NCBI GenBank assembly: GCA_963693365.1
Contig: CAVNZM010000012.1
Span: 5,902,889 to 5,966,888, forward strand
DNA: 64,000 bases
Direction: 5' to 3'
From: Amoebidium appalachense
Lineage: Eukaryota > Protista > Ichthyosporea
The notes beneath the pieces are model-generated. The model searched no databases. It saw only the letters and a program-made list of their open reading frames with translations, and was not told the origin of the DNA. Below, piece after piece: positions 1 to 12,525 of the stretch (positions are counted from its first letter, which is position 1; each line of letters starts with the position of its first letter). A program made the position numbers and the translations under genes.

Positions 1-1283
1 CCCCCCCCCCCCCCCTTCACCCCCCTCCCTTTTCCACCTCCATTTCCCAGATCCCCTCCTGACCGACACAAGCATTGCATTAACTTGCACACACCCAAAT
101 CAGCCGGCTGCAGCTGGCAACTATTTATGGTCTGTGCGGTGCTCTTCATCTGCACAGTTGTAAATCAGGATAATGCCAAGCTAACGGAAGGTGTGATATT
201 GAACAGGTGCTTGAGTCTGAGCGGCGCATCCGGCTCATCAACCTCTTCACGTTCCGCCGGGGCACGGGCAAGGCCGTGGGCATCAGCACTCTCAAGCAGG
301 CCGTCAAGTTCAACGAGACTGCCCTGCTGGCCAAGCCTGCCGTGGAACTGGACGTTCTGCTGCAGCCCTTCTCCAGCATTGGCGCTCTGTTGGCTGCCAT
401 CACCGTCCCCAACAAGAGCGTGGTCGTCTTTCTCGCCGGCTACGTCTGCTTCAAGACGGGGCGGGGCTGCAGCTGCAAGCAGTGCCGTGGGCGCTTGTTC
501 AGCAGCCGCCGCCTGGTGGTGGAGATCCCAGCCAGCGTCAGAGCCCAGCTTGGGCCGGACGTCATCGACACGTCATACCTGGAGGCCATCGACCGTGAGG
601 GGCTTTCTACTCCCTCCTACGCGGCCTATGTGGTCGCGGAGACCACTGTGCGCGTGATGGAGTGCCTCGCCAGCAAGGAGCTGGAGGGCAAGTTTCTGCA
701 CGCCGGCTCCCACCGCCTGCTGGTTCGCACGCTCGCGGTCCAGCACGCCAAGAGCCGGCCGGAGACAGAGACAATTCGAGGCATTACTTGTGAGGAGTGC
801 GGGGAGGACACGGCGCAGTACCTCGACGGCATCGCCATGAGAATGACCAACATTTTGCTCAACAACTACACCAAGGAACGCAACGCGAAAAAGAAAACAC
901 CAACCAACAAGCCAAACCGGCAAACCAAGAAATACGAGGGTGCATCAACCGGTTTATTGGCGGCGCACGCCGCGGACCACACGGCCCCAGCGCCAGCGAC
1001 GACGTGGAGGCTGTGCTCGAGGAGGAGGACTTCGACGTTTTCTCGTTTTTGAACGACGACGCACTGGGTGCGTTGTGTGAGACTTGGGCAGTTATAGGCA
1101 GTGATGATTGCGTCTGGTAGTTTAGCGTAATGTTTGCACAAGTTTTGCACTAAATTAGTCTGATGTAGGAGACCCCGGAGGGGCACGTAAGATTTCAGTT
1201 TTCGATCACCCTACTCTTTACACGTAATCTGGAGTATTAGTCTGTTGCGTGCCTCGGCCCGGTGTGCTATTTAGGAGGCCTTG
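1..1283 (+). mobile_element. 3' part of a P-element (THAP9-type) DNA transposon; right terminus ends ...GGTGTGCTATTTAGGAGGCCTTG at 1283; 5' part lies outside the window
   Basis: Contains a transposase C-terminal exon (207-1052). The 23-mer at 1261-1283 recurs exactly at 10380-10402 as the right half of a TIR pair with an 8-bp TSD, which defines it as the element end. The predicted TSD for this copy is CTCGATAG (1284-1291). Confidence 0.8.
207..1052 (+). CDS. P-element/THAP9-like transposase, last exon (C-terminal region)
   Basis: Branch-like GCTAAC (180-185) and acceptor AACAG| at 206. Translation has motifs typical of P/THAP9 transposase C-termini: VLESERRIRL, FLAGYVCFK...CSCKQC, IDREGLSTPS, CEECG...NILLNNYTKERN, then a basic tail. 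Confidence 0.75.
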   Translation: MLESERRIRLINLFTFRRGTGKAVGISTLKQAVKFNETALLAKPAVELDVLLQPFSSIGALLAAITVPNKSVVVFLAGYVCFKTGRGCSCKQCRGRLFSSRRLVVEIPASVRAQLGPDVIDTSYLEAIDREGLSTPSYAAYVVAETTVRVMECLASKELEGKFLHAGSHRLLVRTLAVQHAKSRPETETIRGITCEECGEDTAQYLDGIAMRMTNILLNNYTKERNAKKKTPTNKPNRQTKKYEGASTGLLAAHAADHTAPAPATTWRLCSRRRTSTFSRF

Positions 1284-1834
1284 CTCGATAGCCAAATAAA
1301 ATAATAATATAAACCATGGCAGTTGTGCTGTTCAACTTTGGCGTTTGTAGGATCTCAGCGTGGCAACCTTGGATTACGTCACAAGACAACTTTTGGTTGC
1401 CAAAAAAAGCCATTACGCATTTCATTGGGTCTTGGCACTCGGAGGTGGGGCAGGACTGAGTGCCACGGCATACGAGGCTTCAAGCGCTAGAAGGGATCAC
1501 GATGCTAGTGTTTTCATTAACAATATTGTTGTTTTTCTCCCCAACAGCGGCTTTAGCACTAAATTATGTCTTTGCTTCTCTCGGTTGCAAAGGTAAACTG
1601 TACACCGATGATAGCGGCAGATACCGTATATACTATAGGTCATCATAACCTAACAGACACATATGATTGTTTTACCCTCCTCTCTTGCAACTGACTCACT
1701 GAATAGAAAAAGCCATGCTTGGAGGGAAAAGAAACTTTGAAAGAGACGCACACTTGCTCAAAGGATTTTCCCGGCGGCCGCTCACTAAGCTCAGTAGTAA
1801 GCAACCCTCCCCTTCCCCTCTCTCCCTCTCCTTC

Positions 1835-1876
<42 letters not shown>

Positions 1877-2459
1877 ACCACCACCACCCTCCTCGCTCTC
1901 CACCACCCCCCTTCTCCCCTTTCCTCAACCCCCGATCCCTACCCCTACCAACCTACCGCGTAAACCCCGTGTGCCATCGCCGCCTTTCTACCCGACTCCC
2001 GGCTTTTTCCCCTTTAGTTGGTCCTTCCTACCTACCTGGTCAGCAAACCCTGTTTTGTTGTGTCGCTCTCGTTTACCATTTACGCATGCTCTCTGAGTTA
2101 TGGAGGTCCTGGACTGTCTCTTGCAGGTTCAAAAGCCTTGTGGTCTGTGATCTTTTATGTCATAACACATCCCTGTTGATGTGACTCTTGGCGCTGCCCT
2201 ACCCAACCCGAGATCATTGCTTTTCCCAAGGATTATGGCCTTCGCTCAGTCGTTTTCTGTTTAGATCTTCCAATCATTCCCCCGCCCGCCCTTTTTATCT
2301 TACTGTGCCCTCCCCACATCCCTAACCTCACAACCACCCCACCCTGCTCTATTCATCCTTTGCCCATTTCTTCTCTCTCCTCTCCCACTCACCAGGTGTG
2401 GTTTTTCCTGTTCTCAATCCAACCATACTCACCTCACGTTTTTTTCACAACAGGCAAAC

Positions 2460-4228
2460 ATGTCCGGCTATCCCAATCCCAACTATCCACCACCCGGTGG
2501 CCAGCCTGCACCCGGGCCCTACCCTCCAGCCGGGTATCCCGCCCCAGGAAGTTACCCTCCCCCAGGAGGTCAGCCGGCTGCTGGAAGTTACCCTCCCCCA
2601 GGCAACTACCCTCCTGCTGCTTACCCACCAGAACAGGTAACGTTTTTGCTTTGAATCTTAGTTCGCGTGTTTGGATGAGCAAGAAGTGTTTGTTTCTTTG
2701 TTGCAGTGTCAAGATTTTTGGTAAGGCCCGCGTCAGTGTATGTTATAGGGCAATACTGTGGCAAGGAGCCTGTCTCGGTGCAGTATGCATGTTTCTAGGC
2801 AACATGGCCTGACTCGTCACTATTACAGGGCCATGCATACCCTTCTCCGAGTGCCACTCCTCATGCCCAGCCTGGGTATCCCCCTGCTGCTGCCCCAGGC
2901 ATGGCTGGCCCAGGTAGTGCCCCCGCTTCCCCCCCCCCCCCCCCCCCCCAAACCCCTTTCCTTATTAAAAAGCCCAGCCACCCACTCCCCCTCTCCCCCC
3001 CCCCCGCTTCACCCCCTCCCCGCCCTACCCCCTCCCCCCTTCCCTCCCCTCGCTTCTCTCACGCCTTCCCTCTTCTCCCCTCCCGCCGCTTCTTTCCTCC
3101 CCCCTCCTTTCCAGCAACACCAGCCCTGTGTTACTTCGTCATTCGTGTGCAAGGCTCAGAGTAGAAGATTTTGGTGCCAGGTTTTCAGTTTGGCTGGTAT
3201 TGTAGAAGGGAAGGAAGGTGGTGTGTGAGGGAGGGAGACAGGCAGGGGAAGGGATGGGGTGGGTGGGTGGGTGGGGGGTGTGTGTCCGGGGGAGGGGGGG
3301 GGGGGACAGTAACAGACGGAAAATCGTACACATTCAAGTGTATAATGGTTGAGTTTGAAACCGTGCGCGGTTAAGGTTTTAGCATAATGATTGGGAAAGA
3401 AGAGAGGAACAGACAAAGACGTTTAGTAACGAGAAAGCAAGAAAGGGGCTTGAACAGATAAAGTGCTCTAGTCTTGTTTTTTCACCAAAGTCAAGCGTGT
3501 GTATGTATCTACCTCTGTGTCTGATGCTGTTTTTGCATGAAGAAAAAAGGGTAGGGAAGTGGGAGAGGTGGGGTGGGGTGGGGTGGGGGGGAGGAGGGGG
3601 GAGGGGGGTGGTGAAGTGTGCGTGTGTGTGTGTGTAGAGGGGGGGGGAGAGGGGTTGAATATTCGACGTCATATGTAAGATATGTCCTTGCCACTGCGGC
3701 ACGAGCCTAGAAGGGGCACATTGAAGTGCACAAGGGTAGGCTTACATGGCTTACGAGCATACAACTTCTAGTTGGCGACAAGGTCATTTTTTTTGGCCAC
3801 CGTTGCTGCCCATGTTATCCTTTACCTTATCTAAAGCTAACGGCGAGGCTAGGGTGAAGACCCTGGGCTACGTCTGTGCAAATCGTTTGGATTGTATTGG
3901 TGTGTTAGCTCAGCTGATGGCACGGTAGCACCCTACATAGCTAGAGTATAGTCGGTGCTGGGTGGAAGACGGTAATTCCTCTGGGGCCCCCTAGGGGTCC
4001 CTCCGGAAACAAACCGGGATAAGATTAGAATAAAATTTTAAGCCAGCCCCATACTGACACACAGCCTTCTTGCAAGCATACCTCATATGGATTACCAGCT
4101 AACCCTCTAAATGTAGCCTATGCAGAGCCCAAGCGGCGGCCAAGCATCACCGCCTTCCAGCCCTTCGACCCAACTGCAGATGCTCACTCCCTTCGCCACG
4201 CCATGAAGGGCATCGGTATGCCTCCCCC

Positions 4229-4259
<31 letters not shown>

Positions 4260-5305
4260 ACACACACACGGTCGCACACACATACACACTGAGGGAACCC
4301 ATTCCGAGCTGGCTGTTTCAAATACCTCCTCCCCTTATGGCCCTCCCCCCCCCCCCCCTCCCCCCACACCGGTGCCTTGCATACTCGAGTTCGTGGCATG
4401 CAGAATCGTTTCCCCTTATGTGTAATTTTGACACTGGGTTTTGCTATGGGCCTTTTTCATTCCCCCCTCTCCCTCCCCCAGCTCCCCCCTGCCCATCCCT
4501 TCCTCCCCCGTCCTCCCCCTTTTCTCTTGTAGCCCCCCCACCTTCTCCTCCCCGCGCCCCCCCCACCTCCCCCACTCCCCCCACTGTCGACCACTAACTA
4601 TTGCATGCAGGCACGGATGAGAGGGCACTGATCAACGTGCTGTGCAATCGGTCTGGAGACCAGCGCAAAGCAATCACTGAGGCATTCACAAAGGTGCGCA
4701 AGATTCCAAATCTATGTTACTGGAGTTTATGCTCCCGAACTCACAACCCGCAACCCCAAATCCCCCTTCAACACACACGCGTACACACGTGCACACACAC
4801 TGACACAAAAGCATACACACACGCACACACACTTACACACAAAACATACACACACACTCACTCACCTCACTCACCATCACACTTTCACATTCGCCCGTTT
4901 GCACCTTCACATGCTTGCTCTTTCCTTTTTCTTGTTTTTCCTGCTTCGCTTCGCTGCCTCCCCCCAAACCCCCCCCCCAACCCCCCTCCTCCCTCTCATC
5001 CGGAGGATGGGTCCTATTTGATGCATACTCTTTGTATCTGCTTTGCAAAATCTGCCCAATACGTTTTCCGTCGTCTGTACTCGTACTCTGTGAGACGTCC
5101 CCCCTTCTCCGCCTCTTCCCCCCCCCCCCCCCCCCCTTCTCCCCGCCCGCCCGCACGCTCGCCCGCCTGCCTCCTATATCCAATAATTTTTCTTCGTTCT
5201 TTTTCTTCTTCTACGATCTCTGTGCCCTGTGCTGTATGTTTGTTTGAGTCTGTGTGGATGCGGGCTTGCTATCTTGTGCCTAGTATCTGGTTATTACACC
5301 AATAT

Positions 5306-5337
<32 letters not shown>

Positions 5338-5878
5338 CCTTTTTTGGTTTCTCTTGTATTGCCTGTCACCCCTACACCCCTCTCGCACTTTCCTCGTCCC
5401 TCCTCCTCTACCCCCTTTCTTTTTGAGCACACACGTGGAAATATGTGGGGTGGAGTTGGGGATTTTTTTGTTATCTTTTTTTGGTGGTGGTGGGGGGGGG
5501 GGGGGGGGGGGGGAGGAGGGGGGGGGTTTGGCGGAGGTGGGGACCATACGGTACAATCCACGGGGAGGGGCGGCGGCGGCGGAGAGGGGGGGGGGGGGGA
5601 GGGGAAAGGGGGGGGGGGGGAGGGGGGCAAATATGGGACATAAATGTGTGGAGTGGGGTTGGGGGGGGGGGGGGGGGGGGGGGGGGAGGGGGGCAAACAC
5701 AACACAATGTGGTGAGGTATTTTCTAAATGTGGCATGAACGGACACAGGTGATAGGCCGGGACCTTGAGAAGGACATCAAGAGCGAGACCAGCAGAGACT
5801 TCGAGAAGGTGCTAGTGTCTCTCATCAAGTCCGTGCCCGAGTTTGAGTGCGAGTGCCTGTACGCTGCAATGAAGGTTT

Positions 5879-5923
<45 letters not shown>

Positions 5924-6163
5924 CTCCCAACGTTACCTACTAAGTGGTGTGCTCTTGCATTTCTGGTGTGGTAATGGGAAAGGAGGGTAGACGGTAAGGT
6001 GATATTTGGGTGTTTTTTTTCTTGTTTTTTTTTTCTTCTTTTCTTTCTTTCCTTTCCCCCCTTTTTTTTTTTTTTTTTTTTTTTGCTTGCAAGTTTCATG
6101 TGGCGGTGCTGCAGAGGGGATGGAGCGTGTGATGGTGCCATTAGGGGTGTGTAACAGAACGCC

Positions 6164-6222
<59 letters not shown>

Positions 6223-8583
6223 CACGAATGCTTGCTAGACCGGGGTGGAGAAGAGAGGGGGGAGGGGAGGAGGGAGACTTACGGATGTGTTTTAGGGCAG
6301 GAGTGGGGAGGGAGGAGGGAGGGAGTTAGGAAAGGAGAGGGGCTGAGAGGGAAACCAATTTACAATCGTCCAGAGTGTGAGTTAAACACTCCTGATTTCT
6401 CCCTGGTTGCCTCGGTTACAGCTGTTTGCTTATTTCCCAAGCGCAGCATGCGGCGACATAAAATCAAAAAGTTTTAGAAAGCTTTGCATCCTGTCCATCC
6501 GTAGCAGGAAAAGGAGAGCACGAACATTATTCGCACACAAATGCAAGCAAGCACACACCAACCATATCATCTATCAAACACTTGCAAATCCAATCAGAGC
6601 CGTGCTTTACTCTTAGATAGCCGATCAGATGGGTTCTTGCCAAGTCCAGCCAATCCAATCACACACGTGTATCAATACCATCACGTGCACGATAGCCAAT
6701 CAGGTGTGTTGCTGCAGGGTCTAGGCACCAATGAGGCCACACTCAACGACATCATCCTGCCCAAGAATGCAAACGAGATGCGCGTGCTGAAGGACACATA
6801 CCAGAGAAGTACGTGTGTGTGGGTGTGGGTGTGGGTGTGGGTGTGGGTGTGTGTGTGTGTGTGTGTGTGTGTCTCTGGTGTGTGTTCGTGTCTGTGTGTG
6901 TGTGTGTGTGCGTGGGTGTGTATTCGTGTGCGTTGTGTGAGGGGGGGAGGGGTTGGGGCATGGCAGGACTTGAGTCACACGGTGTACAGTCAGACTAAAA
7001 GTGCCATTTGCTTCTCTTTCTTTGGGTTGGGTGATGTGGGGAAGGAGGGGGGGGGGGGGGGGGGGGGGGGTTGTATGAATTTTTTTTTACATGCAGCCTA
7101 TGTGCACTGTGATGTAGGAACACACCACCCACCCTCCCATTCTCACCCACACACCCTTTCTCACCCCACCCTCTATCACTTGTCCCACACACTCGGCTTC
7201 ATTTCCAACCTTTCTCCCGCTTTCCATCCCTAACACCTAGACCTTCCTGTGCCCCCCTCCCCCCCCCCCCCCCACACACACACACACGCGCGCGCGCATC
7301 ACCACCACCACTACCACCAGCAAAACTCTCCCACCCAAGCTGCTGCATCAGGTTTTCCGTAGCGTACTTTGGTGCTCTCATCTCATCATACCTCCCCCCC
7401 CCCCTCTCCCCCTCCCCCCCTCCCGTCCCCCCCTTCCCCCGCCTCCTTCTCCTCTCCCCGAGCTTTCCTTTGTTTCACATTCGGTGTGTTTTGTTTTTGC
7501 ACATATGCGTTTTTCTCATCTTCTGTAGGTTCCGTTGCACTTGGTGCTGTATACCACAATATGAACCTCCCCCCTCCCCCCCCCCCCCCCCCCCCCCCCC
7601 TTCAGTGTACAGCAAAGACCTTGAGCGGCAGGTGATTGATGAAACCTCGGGAGACTACCAAAGTCTTCTGCGGGGCTACTTTTCCATGACGAGGGAGGGC
7701 AGTCCCCCCAACCCCGCCATTGCTACCGCCGATGCAAAGGTATGTTGGGCCATGTACCAAAGACTGCTCATTTTCGTGGTGCCCTGTTTCCCCCCCCCCC
7801 CCCCCTCCCCGCTGCCGGGGCCTGGTTTCTCTGTCTCTAGCTTGATATTTAGGTCATTGGTTGCCACTTTGGTATATCTTGCGCAAAAGTTTGGGACACC
7901 TTGTCGTCGTCTCTTACAGGAAAAATGACGACACATAGTGTCGGGCGTTTCTGGCGCAGCTTTATGGTTAATTATATGGGTTCCGACTTTGCAATGGGCC
8001 AGCCAAAACGAAACGAAATTAAACTTCAGTGAAGCGAGGCTGGCTTGGGAAAAATTCGAAGGATATTGGCGACACATTCTATCACATGGTGTATCATCGA
8101 CTTGGTGCAGATTGCCATTCCGAGTGTTTAATCTGTCTTTGAGACCAACTCGACCACCAATACATCATAAGACACCTTAGTAGCATAAGTATGGTACTAC
8201 TTGCAAGCAATGACTTTTGGTGGTTGGGCAGGAGCTGTACATGGCCGGGGAGGGCAAGCAGGGGACCAACGAGAAGGTGTTTGTGCGCATCTTCACCGGC
8301 AGGTCCTTCGCCCACCTGCGAATGGTGGTCGACGAGTATGCAAAGGTGGGGCAAGACGGTTGGAACTACGTGCACAAGCACACATGCACATATGCAAACA
8401 CACGTGCACACCTACACTCACGTGCTCACACACGTGCACATGTATACACACACACACTCACATGCACACACGCACATGTATACATACACACACACACACG
8501 CACACGCACACACACGCACATATATACATACACCGGCGCTCGCACATGCGCATGCACACGCGCACACACACACAAGTGCACAT

Positions 8584-8628
<45 letters not shown>

Positions 8629-9703
8629 TATACACACATACACATACACAAGCATGTGCACACACAAGCACGCGCACATGCACTGGCATAGCCACACCTA
8701 TTGTTTCTTGTTTTAATGTGTCTTGCTTTAGACATGCATTTGCAGAACCCAAACTCCTGAGAGGTGGGTTTGTGCCTCACAATTCGTCCCCACACACCCA
8801 CCCATGCATACACCACAGATCAGCAAAAAAGACCTCAAGCAAGCTCTGATTTCCGAGTTCAGTGGGGATGCACGTGATGCCTATGTGTCGCTAGTAGAGA
8901 TCATTCTAGATGCACCCAGCTACTACGCAAAGCGCCTGCGCAAGTCCATGGAGGGTGTAGGCACAAAGGAGGCCCTGCTCAATCGCACGCTGATCATCCG
9001 ATCTGAGATCGATCTGCTGGATGTCAAGGCCGCATACAACAAGCTGTACTCGGTGCGTGTTGCTTGCAGTTCCCTGTTGATTGTTGGCGACCTCTTTGTT
9101 TTCACTCAATTTACCTCTTTAAAAAAAAAAAACTACCTTCATGTACCTAGTGAAGGCGGAACTCTGCAGGAAACTTGACCACTTCCTTCGATCGCAGGGG
9201 GGGGGGAGGGGGGGGGGGGGGGGGGGAGGCATGCACATGACTGAGATTTTATCGCAACCCCCCCCCCCCCCCTCTGGCGTTCCGCATTCAAACCCCCTCC
9301 CCCCCCCCCCCCCCCCCCTCTTTCTCCGCGGCCCTCCTCCCGTGGACTCCTTTACATGTTTTGCGGTACCCCAGTTACTCTTTGTGAGTAATTGCATGTT
9401 TCCTTTCGCTTTGTGTATACGGGCGCGCACGTGTGTGCCACGCGGCGTGTGTGGTGCTGGGGGTACTGATGTATGGGGGGGGGGAATGATCAGGGGTTTC
9501 AGGTGGCTCCTCTTGCTGAATGCATCACTCGTGTTAGTGTTCCTGCACCACACACACACCTGGTGGCCATACAGGCATGCAGGCCTGGCATGCTCATTTT
9601 TTTGGGGGGGTTTTAACAGAGAGAGCTGGCGGTGGACGTGAGAAAGGAGACCTCTGGAGACTACAGAAACACTTTGATGGCCATCATGAAGGAGCCCTTC
9701 TGA
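2460..9703 (+). CDS. Annexin with Gly/Tyr/Pro-rich N-terminus (annexin A7/A11-like), 10 coding exons
   Basis: Exons 2460-2636, 2829-2913, 4117-4215, 4611-4693, 5749-5874, 6718-6808, 7606-7739, 8232-8345, 8819-9052, 9620-9703, all GT-AG with consistent phases. N-terminus MSGYPNPNYPPPGGQP. Four annexin repeats: MKGIGTDE..SETSRDFE, MKGLGTNE..DETSGDY, GEGKQGTNE..SEFSGD, MEGVGTKE..RSEIDL..KETSGDY. Confidence 0.95.
3899..4022 (+). repeat. ~125-bp dispersed repeat (SINE-like or retroposon 3' end), copy A in annexin intron 2
   Basis: Matches the reverse complement of 35166-35287, sharing the core GTCGGTGCTGGGTGGAAGACGGTA..GGGCCCCCTAGGGGT.CCTCCGG.AACAAA.CGGGATAA and an A-rich end. Confidence 0.8.
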
Positions 9704-10362
9704 TTGGCTCCGTGTCATGCTTATGTCTTTCCATTGAATCTCAGTAATTGTGATTTTTGACTGATAGTTTGGCTCACAGGTTATGTGCAAAGTGCATGCA
9801 ACTGTATGTATACGCTTGGGCCTGAGGTGACCACGCCATTCCATGGTGACTGCAGGTGTCAATTAATAAGTAAAGTTATATTTGGCTTGTTATTATGGAT
9901 CAGTGGGTTGTGCACTTGTTAAATACGCTTGCATTATGGTCATACACTGTCTACACATTAGATTAGAACACAGTCAAGAACATGCTCATCGACTTCTGAA
10001 CATTTAGCAAAAGGCTGCTTGAATAAATAGATTTTAAAAGGCCGGCGGCGATCAGCCCATATGGAACTCAAAAGTGTTCCAGTAAACAGTAATCTGCAGG
10101 ACCATACGACCACTATCTGTTCAGTCATCAGCTCCCCCCCGATACACACGTGCACAAGCACAAAAAACAAAAAGGGAGTGAAGGGTGAAAAATGGTGATG
10201 GCGGTGCAGTGCACAGTGATGTGCACGTGTGTGTGTCTGTGTGTTTAGTCCCGGGGAGGGGAGGGGGGGGGGGGGAGAAAGAAACATGTACTCTGAGCTT
10301 GTGAGACGCGCGGTAAAACTGGTATCCAACGATCGTGCCCATGGTTACACACGCATACGTAC

Positions 10363-10402
10363 CAAGGCCTCCTAAATAGGGTGTGCTATTTAGGAGGCCT
10401 TG
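10363..10402. mobile_element. 40-bp P-element remnant or excision footprint with 17-bp TIR pair and 8-bp TSD
   Basis: ATACGTAC(10355-62) | CAAGGCCTCCTAAATAG GGTGTG CTATTTAGGAGGCCTTG | ATACGTAC(10403-10). The right 23 nt are identical to 1261-1283. Confidence 0.9.
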
Positions 10403-10494
10403 ATACGTACGGCTAACGAGTCAACTTATGACGTCACTCGATACGCAAGATTTGAAGCAAGCCGCTTGGATCAAGAAAGAGAGAACTAGAGCGC

Positions 10495-11377
10495 TTGGCA
10501 AATTTCCTTGCAGCAGAAGTTGCCTCCTTTCTATCTAACAACTGTTGTAAACCTGGGCCTGTAACGCTCTCGATATATGGTCTGGTCCCAATAGCTGCTA
10601 GAGTATCCTATCTCGCGCTGAAATTCAATAAGCACATAAGCCGCTTAAAGAAGTATTTGCCCTCCCACCCTCTCTTCTCTATCCGACCTGTCCCCTCCTC
10701 ACCTCTCCCCTCTTTCCTCCCCTCTCTCTCCCCTTCTCCCCTGGGCACAAATACAAATAAACCCCGCAATAGTGTGTGTGTGACTTTGGACTGCCACTTA
10801 CTTATTAAACATGTACACAATCACAAGATAATCACGCAATATAACAAATGGAAAAAGATACCACACGACACTAGACCCGATGAAAGCATACACCTTGAAA
10901 AACTAAGCCCTATGCCTCGTTTTATATATACTGACCGCCTCAACCATATTGCCAAATATGGCACTCGCAAATGTATAACACCTAAATACATATTACCTTC
11001 CTGTAGAACTGGTCTTTCTCTAGCTGATGGTATTATTGATCAATTACCACGCTTTTACTGTACACGTGCTATACAGTGGAGATCTAATAAGTATAAGGTG
11101 GCATCATTTGCATGCCCAAACAACACACACACACACCAGTTTAACCGGTCATGTATCGCCAAATGTAGTTTGATAGACCACATAATGCCGCAACACACAC
11201 ACGTCACATTCACAACAGACACCCAGAAAGATAGCCTACCTGTAAATTACAACATCCTTGATTTTATACTAAACACGCGTAACTACGACCTGTTTATTAG
11301 ATGTGTTGATTGGCTTGAGAAACACATCACTACAAAATTATAGCGCACGCGCACACACACACACAAACACACACACA

Positions 11378-11440
<63 letters not shown>
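10495..11440 (+). mobile_element. Probable 5'-truncated non-LTR retrotransposon (ORF2 C-terminal region) with a (CA)n tail
   Basis: Intronless, A-rich, non-repetitive ORF 10495-11343. It ends AIQWRSN..CPNN..FNRSCIAKC..NILDFILN, resembling the WR..C..R..C..ID.LLN C-termini of LINE ORF2 seen in fungi and protists. The stop codon is followed directly by ~95 bp of (CA)n. No RT motifs are present and no TSD was found. Confidence 0.55.
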
Positions 11441-12281
11441 CCAGCTGATACTGAGCGTCCAAAGGGGAGCCCCTTTAAAAAAAAAAAATAAAAAAAAAAA
11501 AAAAATAAAAAAAAACGGGGAACCCCAACTAATTGATTTCTCCTTATAGTCTTTATGGTGTCTCGTAGAGAAAGTAAACCCTGATATATAGTCACCACCC
11601 GACATCTATGTACGTGATCATGATATACCGCTGAGGGGATATTCCGAGCAAAACCCCCCCCCATACCTGAGACTGGTTCTCTTTGCCTCGAGTAAACAGC
11701 GTAAACCCCAAGCCGCTTTTCGCGCCATTTTCCCTGGGCGGCGGCGGGTCATGATACTGTGAACAACAAAGCGAAAAAAAACAAACCAAAACCGCTTTAC
11801 ACGTATGGGCTTGCGCTTGTTTCCTTCAGCTACTGCAGCATGTTTTCCTTTTATGTTTTCACAAATTAAACTGCGTCATTTGTTCCATCGTTTATCTGGG
11901 CCCTACACCTAGGCCTAGGGAGCCTGGGGGCTTCCATGACATTGTGTTTCTCTAGACAGCTCGAGGGTAACAATGAAACGGACATGAGGGTGATGGAGAG
12001 AACAAGTGAACCCAGAATAGATAAGGCCTAAAAAGGATGGGTGCGATAAAGGCAGGAGAGAGTTTACACCAAGAATGTAAAGCCTCGGGAATGGGGGAGG
12101 CCGGCAAGCCCATAGCATCTACGCTGGTGGACTGGGAGGAATCAGGAACAACACAGAGGAATGGGTCGAGAAAAACCTTGAGGATCAGGAAGATGGTGGA
12201 TAGTTGAGGCAGGGGGTGCAGGAATGGGAAGCAAGCCTTGGATGAGGCCCGCGGGAGGGGAAGGAGGGGGGGGGAAAGAAG

Positions 12282-12346
<65 letters not shown>

Positions 12347-12525
12347 GGTAAGGGCTGCCTTTGCGAAGGTGTGCTGGCGGGGGGGGCACGATGCAGTGCT
12401 GCGACTGTGGTAGAGTGTCGTTTATTGTGTGCGTCTTATGGTTGCGTGCTCGTTTGCGTGTGCATAAATGGAGTGCCGGCGGACACGGATACAAGTGGGT
12501 CCGTACATGTGTGTGTGTGTGTGTG

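Noticed and set aside
7875-7900. CAAAAGTTTGGGACACC resembling a Tc1/mariner TIR
   Set aside because: No complementary end or TA duplication is identifiable nearby.
11900-12250. Non-repetitive segment that could be a degraded retroelement 3' region on the minus strand
   Set aside because: No frame gives a recognisable motif, so it cannot be supported without a search.
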